Shown: positions 37,713-46,956 of the stretch, piece by piece
Layout: each line of letters begins with the position of its first letter
Numbering within the stretch: the first letter of the stretch is position 1
Assembly (NCBI GenBank): GCA_044350045.1
Contig: JBILIJ010000002.1
Location: 49,554-113,553 of the forward strand
Source of the DNA: Candidatus Planktophila sp.
Lineage (GTDB): Bacteria > Actinomycetota > Actinomycetes > Nanopelagicales > Nanopelagicaceae
Length of the DNA: 64,000 nucleotides
Direction: 5' to 3'
Program-made: the position numbers and the translations under genes
The notes under the pieces: generated by a model
The model's database searches: none
Told to the model about the DNA's origin: nothing
Seen by the model: the letters and a program-made list of their open reading frames with translations, nothing else

Positions 37713-40382
37713 ATGTCATCAATCGTTGATCGTTTAATGCGCGCCGGAGAAGGAAAGATTCTCCGCCAACTCTCAAAAATTGCAGCTGAGGTTAACTCCT
37801 TCGAACCATCAATCGTGCCTTTAAGTGACGATGCGCTTCGTGCAAAGACCCAAGAGTTTCGATCACGCCTGGAAAAAGGCGAAGATTTAGATGATCTTCT
37901 ACCGGAAGCATTTGCTGTTGTCCGTGAGGCAGCAAAGCGCACCCTAGGTCAGCGCCATTACGATGTTCAACTTATGGGTGGTGCAGCCCTACATATGGGA
38001 AACATCGCTGAGATGCGCACAGGTGAAGGTAAGACTCTCGTAGCAACTCTTCCTTCTTATCTCAATGCGTTAGCTGGAAAAGGTGTTCATGTTGTCACCA
38101 CCAATGATTATCTGGCAGAGCGCGATAGTGAGTGGATGGGACGCATTCATCGCTTCCTAGGACTCAGTGTTGGAGTAATCGTTAATAGCATGTCGCCTTC
38201 AGAGCGCCGCACTGCTTACAACTGTGACATCACTTATGGAACCAATAATGAATTCGGTTTTGATTATCTTCGCGACAATATGTCATGGAGCTTAGAAGAG
38301 TGCGTTCAGCGTGAGCACTTCTTTGCAGTTGTGGATGAAGTTGACTCCATTCTTATCGACGAAGCTCGAACTCCTCTCATTATTAGCGGTCCAGCTGATA
38401 AAGCCACCAAGTGGTATGTCGAGTTTGCAAATATGTGTAATCAATTGACTCGCAATACACATTATGAAGTTGATGAAAAGAAGAAGACGGTTGCAATCCT
38501 TGAGTTGGGTGTAACAAAAGTTGAGCAGCTGCTCGGAATTGAAAACCTCTATGAAGCGGCAAATACGCCCCTGATTGGCTACCTCAATAACTCTGTTCGC
38601 GCCAAGGAGCTCTTCAAGCGAGATAAAGATTATGTTGTCATGAATGGTGAGCTCCTCATCGTTGACGAGCACACAGGCCGCATGCTCTCTGGCCGTAGAT
38701 ATAGCGAAGGTCTACACCAAGCCCTTGAGGCGAAAGAGCGAATCGAAATCCAGGATGAGAATCAGACCTTGGCAACGATTACCTTGCAGAACTACTTCCG
38801 TCTTTACTCAAAAATTTCAGGCATGACCGGAACCGCCATGACCGAAGCCTCAGAATTTCATCAAATTTATAAGTTGGGCGTAGTTCCAATTCCAACAAAT
38901 CGCCCGATGCTCAGACAGGATGCCGCTGACCTTGTCTATAAATCAGAGGCAGGAAAATTTATCGCTGTGGCTAACGATATTGTTGAGCGTCATCGCAAGG
39001 GACAACCAGTTCTTGTTGGAACAGTCAGCGTTGAAAAATCTGAAGAACTCTCGGCAGTCTTAAAGAAAAATGGTATTCCACACGAAGTTCTCAATGCGAA
39101 ACATCATGAGCGAGAAGCACTCATTATTGCTGGGGCAGGCGTTAAAGGCGCTGTCACTGTAGCTACCAATATGGCTGGTCGAGGAACTGACATTATGTTG
39201 GGCGGAAACCCAGAATTTATGGCAGATTTTGAATTGCAACGACGTGGTATCTCACCTGTCGATAACGCCGCTGAGTATGAAGCTGCGTGGCCAATCGAAC
39301 TTGCTAAGCAGAAGGCTGCTGTTGCTACAGGGCACGAAGAAGTTGTCGCACTTGGTGGGCTTTACGTTCTCGGAACCGAGCGTCACGAATCTCGTCGTAT
39401 CGATAACCAGCTGCGTGGACGTTCAGGACGTCAGGGAGATCCTGGTGAATCTCGTTTCTACCTTTCCCTCCAAGATGATTTGATGCGTCGCTTTAATTCA
39501 GGGCTAGTTGAGCGTTTCCTCTCTGCGGCAGGCTTGCCTGAAGATGCGCCTATTGAATCTAAGATGGTCAGTAACGCAATTAAGTCTGCACAGACACAAG
39601 TCGAGGCTCAGAACTTTGAGATCCGCAAAAATGTTCTTAAATATGATGATGTGATGAATCGCCAACGTAGCGTGATTTATGGAGAGCGACGTGTTGTCTT
39701 AGAAGGTGAAGATATTTCATCCCAAGTTGGTCAATTCTTAGCAGATACGATCCAGGCGTACGTCTCAGCCGAAACCGCTGAAGGATATTCCGAAGATTGG
39801 GATCTGGCGAAGTTGTGGGATGCACTCAAGCTTGTGTACCCAATCACTCTCACAGTAGAAGGTCTGATCACTGAAGTTGGATCTATTGATGGCCTTGATA
39901 GTGAATTCTTAACTGCACGAATCCTAGAAGATGCTGAGAGTGCTTATAAGAAGCGTGAAGAAGAGCTCGGCGCTGAAGTAATGCGTGAACTAGAGCGCAA
40001 AGTTCTACTCTCTGTTCTAGATCGCAAATGGCGCGAACACCTCTATGAGATGGATTACTTGCAAGAAGGAATCGGACTTCGCGCAATGGCTCAACGCGAT
40101 CCACTCGTTGAATATCAGCGTGAAGGTTATGAACTCTTCTCTGCAATGATGGATGCAATTAAGGAAGAGCTCGCAAGTCTTGTCTTTAATGTCCAAATCA
40201 GCGTTGAAGAAGGAAAAAAGGTTTCAGCACCTTCACTTGATGCAAAGCCTGCAGCAGTGAGCGCTCTCTCATACACCGCATCTGATGGCTCGGGGGCTGT
40301 AACCAAAAATGAGGTTACTCGCAATGCACCATGTCCTTGTGGTTCTGGAAAGAAATATAAGCGCTGTCACGGCGCCTCTTAA
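37713..40382 (+). CDS. secA: Preprotein translocase subunit SecA
   Basis: [52 protein letters not shown]-terminal [18 protein letters not shown]. Confidence 0.98.
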   Translation: MSSIVDRLMRAGEGKILRQLSKIAAEVNSFEPSIVPLSDDALRAKTQEFRSRLEKGEDLDDLLPEAFAVVREAAKRTLGQRHYDVQLMGGAALHMGNIAEMRTGEGKTLVATLPSYLNALAGKGVHVVTTNDYLAERDSEWMGRIHRFLGLSVGVIVNSMSPSERRTAYNCDITYGTNNEFGFDYLRDNMSWSLEECVQREHFFAVVDEVDSILIDEARTPLIISGPADKATKWYVEFANMCNQLTRNTHYEVDEKKKTVAILELGVTKVEQLLGIENLYEAANTPLIGYLNNSVRAKELFKRDKDYVVMNGELLIVDEHTGRMLSGRRYSEGLHQALEAKERIEIQDENQTLATITLQNYFRLYSKISGMTGTAMTEASEFHQIYKLGVVPIPTNRPMLRQDAADLVYKSEAGKFIAVANDIVERHRKGQPVLVGTVSVEKSEELSAVLKKNGIPHEVLNAKHHEREALIIAGAGVKGAVTVATNMAGRGTDIMLGGNPEFMADFELQRRGISPVDNAAEYEAAWPIELAKQKAAVATGHEEVVALGGLYVLGTERHESRRIDNQLRGRSGRQGDPGESRFYLSLQDDLMRRFNSGLVERFLSAAGLPEDAPIESKMVSNAIKSAQTQVEAQNFEIRKNVLKYDDVMNRQRSVIYGERRVVLEGEDISSQVGQFLADTIQAYVSAETAEGYSEDWDLAKLWDALKLVYPITLTVEGLITEVGSIDGLDSEFLTARILEDAESAYKKREEELGAEVMRELERKVLLSVLDRKWREHLYEMDYLQEGIGLRAMAQRDPLVEYQREGYELFSAMMDAIKEELASLVFNVQISVEEGKKVSAPSLDAKPAAVSALSYTASDGSGAVTKNEVTRNAPCPCGSGKKYKRCHGAS

Positions 40383-40391
40383 TTTCTTCGC

Positions 40392-40925
40392 CTAGATTAA
40401 ATCTAACTCGGTACAGAGCCAGCGTCCATCCACGCCCTCAAAGCGAATCGTGATAGCTCTTAACCTTTCACCAAATCTCACGGTGATCGTGGATTCACAG
40501 ATTCCATCCAGTGGTTGGCTTTGATAGATCGAACGAATTTTTCCGATCTCCCTCTGTGAACCAGTCTTTCGCACTAGTTCGTTATATATCACTCGATGAC
40601 AGCGGGCCATTAATTGTGCCGGCTGCCTACGTCCAGCCCAGATCTCAAGAAGTGCAACTGCAAATGTCATCGTCCAAGCATGAAGCTCAGGTAGCTCACT
40701 TGCCGATGTTGGTATGGGGCAATCTTGACCGTCGCAATCATCACTACCGTAATTCTTATCGCAATGTGAAGGAACTAAATAGAGCTTTGCCTTTTGAATT
40801 GGTCGGGGTTCAAGGGTTGGCTTTACATGCGACTGCGGATAAAGATCCAGGATGGGATGGCTCCACATCGCATGGTCTTCGTTACTTGATATGAGTGTGA
40901 AGGAAGGGCTGCTATGAATTGTCAT
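40392..40925 (-). CDS. Rv3235 family protein
   Basis: LEIWAGRR...QL, R.RA..IRFE...GRWLCT.L; convergent to secA as in other actinobacteria; start placed at ATG 40925 (GAAGG SD, TAGGCT -10). Confidence 0.82.
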   Translation of the reverse strand: MTIHSSPSFTLISSNEDHAMWSHPILDLYPQSHVKPTLEPRPIQKAKLYLVPSHCDKNYGSDDCDGQDCPIPTSASELPELHAWTMTFAVALLEIWAGRRQPAQLMARCHRVIYNELVRKTGSQREIGKIRSIYQSQPLDGICESTITVRFGERLRAITIRFEGVDGRWLCTELDLI

Positions 40926-41048
40926 ACCGCCTACCTTCACGTGCCGTCTAAGCCTAGAGATCAACTCAGAAGATGAAGTCAGCTCATCCTTAAAGATGAC
41001 TGTGAACAACCCTGGATAAGAAAACACAGCTTGCTCTTTGCTCCACCT

Positions 41049-41669
41049 ATGATTTCAAAAACTCCTTCAGTGTCGACCTCACTTTCCCTGCGCTCCCCAC
41101 GAGTGATTGTTGCCTGCGCTCTCTTTCTTGCGGCGTTACTTTCTTCATTCGCCTTCGCGGCGCTTTCTGATCAGTCTTCACAGTATTGGGTAGCTCGTAA
41201 TCCCATTACCCCCGGCTCTCTCATTACTTCCGAAGATATTGCCCTTCTCGATGCTTCCCTTATCGATAATGCAGACTTGTATTTCGGAGAAGAAAATTCA
41301 CCTATTGGAATGAGCAGTACACATCTGATTGGTGCAGGGCAATTTCTAGCCGTAAACGCACTTACTCAAGAGAGCGCACAATTTGACACTGAACAAGTTC
41401 CCTTGAATATTCTTCCTTCTGATATTCCAGCAATGATTGAAGTGGGTGAGCCTATTTCTCTCTACTGGGTTCCAGATGCACTCAATAGCCAGATCCTGAG
41501 CACTCCCGAACTCTTACTCACTGGGATTTTTCTAGAGTCGATAGATCGGAAAGGAACAAACTTTGGCTCTGGTCTAGCAATTACAGTCTCGGTCGATAGC
41601 TCGCAAGTGGCAAAAATTCTCTCAGGAACATCACATGGGCGTTTAGTTGTGGTTATTTCACATGGCTGA
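41049..41669 (+). CDS. SAF domain/CpaB-like membrane-anchored protein
   Basis: TM helix followed by YWVARNPI.PG..IT.ED (SAF), P..I..GE.I.LYW, V..G.L.VV RcpC-like C-terminus. Confidence 0.7.
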   Translation: MISKTPSVSTSLSLRSPRVIVACALFLAALLSSFAFAALSDQSSQYWVARNPITPGSLITSEDIALLDASLIDNADLYFGEENSPIGMSSTHLIGAGQFLAVNALTQESAQFDTEQVPLNILPSDIPAMIEVGEPISLYWVPDALNSQILSTPELLLTGIFLESIDRKGTNFGSGLAITVSVDSSQVAKILSGTSHGRLVVVISHG

Positions 41670-42738
41670 GCTACATGTTGTTACCGCAATAGGTGATCCG
41701 GAATTTGAAAGTTTTGTCGCACGAACTTTGCATTCACAGGGATGGAGCGTTCTCTTTCGCGCCGTTGACACAGAGCTTCTTGCCCGATACCTAAAGACTT
41801 CTACTGAGCTCAAGCCCTTACTCATCTACTCACGCGATATCCAAGGTTTGAATTCAGAATTTCTGGCATCAATCTCAACCTATATCGAGAGATCTATTGG
41901 CTTTGCTGGAATTGACGAGGATGGCGTAGATGACGAGCTCCTAGCAAGAACTCATGACGCAGCAATATTGATGGCTTGCATCGTGACGCAGGGAAGAGCG
42001 CCACTTCGACACCAAGGGCTAAGTAGCTCGGCAACTCGACGCTCGCGTGTAATCGCCATAGCTAGTGCCAGCCATGGAGATGGGACAACGACGACATCGA
42101 TTAATTGTGCAATTGAACTTAATCTACTTGGGAAGAAAGTTCTTCTCATCGATGCCCACCACCAACTTCCTTCTATTTCAATCCTATTAGGTGAACGACT
42201 TCTCAATGGATCAGAACCTAAACAGGTGAGCCCACTGTTAGAAGTTTTTGAGCTCACTAGAGAAAATTCATTAGCGATGAATCAAACCCTCATTGATGCC
42301 TGCTCCCGTACTGATTTTGTATTAATTGATTGTGGCTTGATTCCTAAACCAGCAGAGGCGATTACAGAACGAAGATGGCAGAACACTTTCTCCAATTGGA
42401 TTTATGACAATGTTGATGATTTGTGGGTGATTTCATCCCCACGTCCAGTAAGTATTCACTCTCTTCATAACTTCCACATTTCAATGTCAAAGCAGTCAAT
42501 ACGGGCCCGTCTGACATTTATCCTCAATCACAGAGTCTCAGGAAAGCGCGGAGATGTTCAAGAAGAAAAGTTTCTATCACTTGTCGCACCTAGCCATCCC
42601 CATGCCATTCGCGTGCTTCCCCTTGATACACGGGGTGCTAATGCAGCAGAACTGAATAGATCCATTTTGGTAGAGAGTAATCCCCGTGGCCTACTGCGGA
42701 AAAAATACCTTGAATTAGCGACCAGCCTGACCGCTTAG
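41662..42738 (+). CDS. CpaE/TadZ/MinD-like protein (atypical receiver + degenerate P-loop ATPase)
   Basis: Receiver-like N-terminus, RVIAIAS..HGDGTTT, VLLIDA, FVLIDCG, LN..., P.D. Confidence 0.68.
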   Translation: MAELHVVTAIGDPEFESFVARTLHSQGWSVLFRAVDTELLARYLKTSTELKPLLIYSRDIQGLNSEFLASISTYIERSIGFAGIDEDGVDDELLARTHDAAILMACIVTQGRAPLRHQGLSSSATRRSRVIAIASASHGDGTTTTSINCAIELNLLGKKVLLIDAHHQLPSISILLGERLLNGSEPKQVSPLLEVFELTRENSLAMNQTLIDACSRTDFVLIDCGLIPKPAEAITERRWQNTFSNWIYDNVDDLWVISSPRPVSIHSLHNFHISMSKQSIRARLTFILNHRVSGKRGDVQEEKFLSLVAPSHPHAIRVLPLDTRGANAAELNRSILVESNPRGLLRKKYLELATSLTA

Positions 42739-42788
42739 CCGCTGACTGTTATTTCAATATCTAGGGGCAGACCTTGTACCCTCTTCCT

Positions 42789-43172
42789 ATGCGCGCGTAT
42801 GTCGGTCTCACCTATGATGAGTTAAGCGCACTCATTTCGGGTGATCCCCTCACAATCGACATACTCTTTGCAGCAACTAGAGAATTTGTTGCAACCCATA
42901 TCGATCTAGATGAGGAAGAGCGCGAATTCATTTTGACAATGCTTGCCGCCGAGGAGTCCCTTGAATTGCGCGAAGCAGGATTTGGTTTTGTCTTGGCTGC
43001 AGATGTTCCCAGTCATGTGATCACCGAGGAAGGCGCAGACAGTATTAAGGTCTCAGCAGAGATCACTCGTGACTGGGCGGCGTGCATCTTTCTAGTCTCT
43101 CCTGATAGTGAAGAACTCACCTGGTATGCAATTCAAGAAGTAGAAAACCTTCTACCTTCATGGAGTTCATAA
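42789..43172 (+). CDS. DUF6912-like protein
   Basis: MRAYV.LT..EL, FAAT, D.EE.EF, VLAADV, EL.WYA.QE. Confidence 0.75.
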   Translation: MRAYVGLTYDELSALISGDPLTIDILFAATREFVATHIDLDEEEREFILTMLAAEESLELREAGFGFVLAADVPSHVITEEGADSIKVSAEITRDWAACIFLVSPDSEELTWYAIQEVENLLPSWSS

Positions 43173-44645
43173 ATGCCCTCAATTGAAGAGTTTATTCGTG
43201 GAAGAAGTCCGCTTACCTCGCAGCAAATCTATCGACTCCGAGAACTAGTTGCTGATTGGCAACTGCTTTCAGATTTATCTTTTGCTGATCTTATTCTTTG
43301 GGTGCCTCTACGAAAAGATATGAAGAGTTGGCCAACAGGTTATGTTGCCGTTGCCCACATCCGCCCTATGACGGCGGCCACAGTATTTTCCCATGATGTC
43401 CTGGGGGAGGAAATTCAATGGGGGCAGCGGCCACATATTGATCGTGCTCTATCTAGTGCGGAGATTATTCGTGACACAGTTCCGGAGCGTTTTGGTGACC
43501 ATATGGTCAAGGAAGAAACTACACCGGTGATTGACGAGCAAGAAGTGATTGCCGTTATATCTCGGCATCGAGATTCAGAGCTCATGCGTCAGCCCTCACG
43601 TCTTGAACTCAATTACCGTGAAACTGCACATCAGTTATATCGAATGGTTGCAGAAGGAAAATTCCCATATCAAAATGCGAGTTCGCTCTTTGATCCAGCT
43701 CCCCGAGTGGGTGACGGTCTCTTGCGCTTAGATGTCAATGGAGCGATTACATACGCAAGCCCTAATGCTCGTTCAGCATTTGGTCGGATGGGTTGGAATA
43801 GCGCACTCGAAGGCGAAACGTTGCACAATGTTGCAGAACAAATAACGCCACCACAAAATCTTGCACATGAAGAAGGTTTACGAGTACAACTTTCTGGAAA
43901 AGTGATTCGACGAGTAGAGATGGAGAATGCGGGCGGAACAATTGATCTCTTGGTACTTCCTATATCTCAAGGCGAGGACCGGACTGGTGCTTTAATCCTT
44001 CTGCAGAACGTGACTGAGCTGCGTCGCCGGGAACGCGAATTAGTTACAAAGGATGCAACAATCAGAGAGATTCACCATCGGGTGAAGAATAATCTTCAGA
44101 CCGTCTCGGCACTTCTTCGTCTGCAAGCACGTCGGATTGAAGATCCTGCGGCGGGTGCTGCACTTAATGAGGCGGTCAGACGAATCGCATCGATTGCCCT
44201 GGTCCATGAAACACTTTCCTCCGGCAGTGATTCATCCGTTGCTTTTGATGATGTACTTGATCGGCTAGTCACTCACTCGCTGGATTTGAGTTCTAGGATG
44301 AATGAGTTAGTCATTACTCGCACGGGCTTTCTCGGCTCCCTCGATCCAACAATTGCCACGCCTTTATCTTTGGTCGTAACTGAGTTGATTCATAACGCAC
44401 TTGAACACGGTTTGGAAAAAGGTGGCAGCTCACTGGAAATATCCTTAGAGCGCACTGCCGATCATGCTCAGATTTCAATCATTGATGACGGAGTGGGTCT
44501 GCCAGCAGGTTTTGATCTTGCCACATCATCAAATCTGGGACTTCAGATTGTGCGGACCTTAACTGAGAACGAACTCAAAGGTGAGCTCGTTCTTGAATCC
44601 ACTGGGGTCAAAACTACGGCAAGACTTACATTTCCAATTTCATAG
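43173..44645 (+). CDS. pdtaS: Cytoplasmic sensor histidine kinase PdtaS (GAF-PAS-HisKA_2)
   Basis: WQLLSDLSFADL.LW, PRVGDG, KDATIREIHHRVKNNLQTV..LLRLQ, DDGVG, LGLQIV. Confidence 0.92.
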   Translation: MPSIEEFIRGRSPLTSQQIYRLRELVADWQLLSDLSFADLILWVPLRKDMKSWPTGYVAVAHIRPMTAATVFSHDVLGEEIQWGQRPHIDRALSSAEIIRDTVPERFGDHMVKEETTPVIDEQEVIAVISRHRDSELMRQPSRLELNYRETAHQLYRMVAEGKFPYQNASSLFDPAPRVGDGLLRLDVNGAITYASPNARSAFGRMGWNSALEGETLHNVAEQITPPQNLAHEEGLRVQLSGKVIRRVEMENAGGTIDLLVLPISQGEDRTGALILLQNVTELRRRERELVTKDATIREIHHRVKNNLQTVSALLRLQARRIEDPAAGAALNEAVRRIASIALVHETLSSGSDSSVAFDDVLDRLVTHSLDLSSRMNELVITRTGFLGSLDPTIATPLSLVVTELIHNALEHGLEKGGSSLEISLERTADHAQISIIDDGVGLPAGFDLATSSNLGLQIVRTLTENELKGELVLESTGVKTTARLTFPIS

Positions 44646-44662
44646 ATGTTAAATAAAAAGAT

Positions 44663-44926
44663 TTAACCCTGCGGATCGGAAATGCGCGCACGGTTACGGG
44701 CGGCACGACGCTTGAGTGCACGACGTTCATCTTCAGAGAGTCCGCCCCACACACCGGCATCTTGTCCGCTCTCAAGAGCCCATGCCAAGCAAGGGTCCTT
44801 GACGATGCAGCGATTGCAGACCTTCTTCGCCTCTTCGATCTGAGTGATCGCAGGCCCTGTATTTCCCACAGGAAAGAAGAGTTCTGGGTCTTCGTCGCGA
44901 CAGGCAGACTGATGACGCCAATCCAT
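44663..44926 (-). CDS. whiB1: WhiB family transcription factor (WhiB1/WblE ortholog)
   Basis: MDWRH..ACRDEDPELFFPVGNTGPA..QIEEAK.VC..C...C..WALESGQDAGVWGGLSEDERRALKRR. Confidence 0.95.
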   Translation of the reverse strand: MDWRHQSACRDEDPELFFPVGNTGPAITQIEEAKKVCNRCIVKDPCLAWALESGQDAGVWGGLSEDERRALKRRAARNRARISDPQG

Positions 44927-44985
44927 GATCGCTCCTTAAGCTAGAGGAAGTGAGCGTGAAGTGAATTCACCTCTCGCAAAGCCCA

Positions 44986-45014
44986 ATTCTCTCGTGACTT
45001 ACTCTCTTAAACAA
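44986..45014 (-). promoter_or_regulatory. Putative sigmaA promoter of whiB1
   Basis: Minus strand TTGTTT-N17-GAGAAT, about 60 nt upstream of the ATG; AAGGAG SD. Confidence 0.5.
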
Positions 45015-45083
45015 GGACGAACGCGAAAAGATTCCTCACATCTTGGTGATAAAGATCGCGCCGACACGCGCTGAGAACTGTTG

Positions 45084-45155
45084 TGCCCCCGACAGGAATC
45101 GAACCTGTGCACCCGCCTCCGGAGGGCGGTGCTCTATCCCCTGAGCTACGGGGGC
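45084..45155 (-). tRNA. tRNA-Arg (anticodon CCG)
   Basis: GCCCCCGTAGCTCAGGGGATAGAGCA CCGCC-CTCCGGA-GGCGG GTGCACAGGTTCGATTCCTGT CGGGGGCA folds as a cloverleaf; CCA not encoded; TAAACT -10 upstream. Confidence 0.97.
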
Positions 45156-45213
45156 GCAAGGTAGCCCTAGTTTACGTGAAGAAAGTTGATCGCAATCATG
45201 AAAGACTCTTCCC

Positions 45214-45735
45214 ATGAATAACGCCAGTGAGATCGCATACTTTGCAACAGGCTGTTTCTGGGGAGCTGAGCGCCGATTCTGGAATCTCGAAGGAGTAAGT
45301 AACACCTCCGTCGGATATATGGGTGGCCAAAACCCTCATCCAAGCTATGAAGAAGTCTGTACCGGTAGAACTGGTCACGCTGAAATGGTTGCAGTCACTT
45401 TTGACCCCGCGCTCATTTCATATGATCGCCTCCTTCAAGAATTCTGGGTGATGCACGATCCGACATCCTTGAATGCTCAAGGCGGAGATATCGGTACTCA
45501 ATATAGAAGTGCGATCTATACCAGCACCAGTGCTCACCACCAGCAGGCGTTAGCTTCGAAAGATCTCTACCAGGGTGCGCTCGCAAAAGCCGGATTAGGG
45601 TCGATCGTCACAGAGATTCAGAGCTCTGACGGCATCGAGTATTTCTTAGCTGAGGAGTATCACCAGAAGTATTTAGCAAAGAACCCCAACGGCTATGACT
45701 GTCACTCAAGTACAGGAGTTACCTTCCCTCTGTAA
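45214..45735 (+). CDS. msrA: Peptide-methionine (S)-S-oxide reductase
   Basis: GCFWG, VGYMGG, YEEVC.G.TGHAE, HDPT..N.QG.D.GTQYRS, AEEYHQKY. Confidence 0.97.
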   Translation: MNNASEIAYFATGCFWGAERRFWNLEGVSNTSVGYMGGQNPHPSYEEVCTGRTGHAEMVAVTFDPALISYDRLLQEFWVMHDPTSLNAQGGDIGTQYRSAIYTSTSAHHQQALASKDLYQGALAKAGLGSIVTEIQSSDGIEYFLAEEYHQKYLAKNPNGYDCHSSTGVTFPL

Positions 45736-45783
45736 GGCCGATCGCCTTCTCATCGACGACTTCTAGTGGAATACTTACAAACT

Positions 45784-46956
45784 ATGAGCGGCAACCATCT
45801 TGATTTCCTCACGCTGGCTGAGCTCTCAACTCATCGCAGTGCAAAATGGCGAGGATTTCCATCCGATGTAATTCCCCTTCCAGTGGCAGAGATGGACTTC
45901 GCAGTCGCCGAACCTATTAAAAAGTTGTTGCACTCGATGGTCGAAAGTTCAGATATGGGTTATCTGGGACCGATCCCTGAGCTGAACGAAAGTTTTGCAA
46001 GCTTTACTCTGACGCGATGGGATTGGACTGTCGATCCTACAAAAGTCCGCCTGGCAACCGATGTCGGAGTAGCCGTTGTTGAGGTCCTGCGAGTCTTTAC
46101 AAAGCCGGGTGACTCGGTCTTGATCAGTTCTCCGGTGTATCAAAATTTTTACACATGGGTTAGCGAGACAAAAACACAGTGTGTAGATATTCCATTTATC
46201 TACAATCCAACTGACGACATCTCAACAACGTGGCTGATCGACTGGGAAGGCATCGAAAAGGCCTATCAAAGTGGGATCAAAGTTCATCTACTCTGCTCAC
46301 CCCATAATCCAAATGGCAGAATGTATTCAGCATCAGAATTAAATAGATTTATTGAACTTGCGCGAAAGAATAATGTAATCATTGTGAGCGATGAGATTCA
46401 TTCTCCTCTTGAGTACAAGGAGCATCCCTTCACACCGATTCTCGCACTCGGTGTAGAAGCCGCCGAGTGCGCTGTCGTAGTCACTGCAGCTAGCAAAGGA
46501 TGGAGTATCCCAGGACTTAAGTGCGCAATTATTGTCTCCGGCAGTGATCGCATCCATGAAGAATTGAATTCGCTGCCGCCAGCACTTCACTTTCGTGCCT
46601 CAATATTTGGAGCCTTTGCAACTGCAATCGCCTTCAGCGAGGGAACACCTTGGCTCGATACAGTAATTAAACAGCTTGATCACAACCGTCATCTCGTTTC
46701 AACCTTACTCAGTGATCTCCTGCCCGAAGTAAAATACATTCCACCTCAACATTCATACCTTGCCTGGTTGGATCTATCCGAACTCAAACTAGGGATTGAT
46801 CCAGGTGCAACGATTCTTCTTCAATCCAAAGTTGCACTCAACTCTGGCCACCTTTATGGGGCTCAATGGGATCAATTTGTTCGCTTGAATTTCGCGACTA
46901 GCCCAGAAATCATTTCTCGGGCGATCACGCAGATTACAGAGAGCATCCGTGTCTAA
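45784..46956 (+). CDS. MalY/PatB family cystathionine beta-lyase
   Basis: SAKW, P.PVAEMDF, LCSPHNP.G, SDEIH, ASKGW..PGLK, SYLAWLD, RLNFAT. Confidence 0.9.
   Translation: MSGNHLDFLTLAELSTHRSAKWRGFPSDVIPLPVAEMDFAVAEPIKKLLHSMVESSDMGYLGPIPELNESFASFTLTRWDWTVDPTKVRLATDVGVAVVEVLRVFTKPGDSVLISSPVYQNFYTWVSETKTQCVDIPFIYNPTDDISTTWLIDWEGIEKAYQSGIKVHLLCSPHNPNGRMYSASELNRFIELARKNNVIIVSDEIHSPLEYKEHPFTPILALGVEAAECAVVVTAASKGWSIPGLKCAIIVSGSDRIHEELNSLPPALHFRASIFGAFATAIAFSEGTPWLDTVIKQLDHNRHLVSTLLSDLLPEVKYIPPQHSYLAWLDLSELKLGIDPGATILLQSKVALNSGHLYGAQWDQFVRLNFATSPEIISRAITQITESIRV

Noticed and set aside
45036-45213. tRNA-Arg as a prophage/island attachment site; ORF 45036..45305
   Set aside because: No integrase or duplicated tRNA 3' end was seen and the flanking genes are housekeeping. 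The ORF simply overlaps the tRNA and msrA.
45734-45750. AAGGC-CGATC-GCCTT hairpin after msrA as a terminator
   Set aside because: A 5-bp stem with a weak T tract is too little to call.
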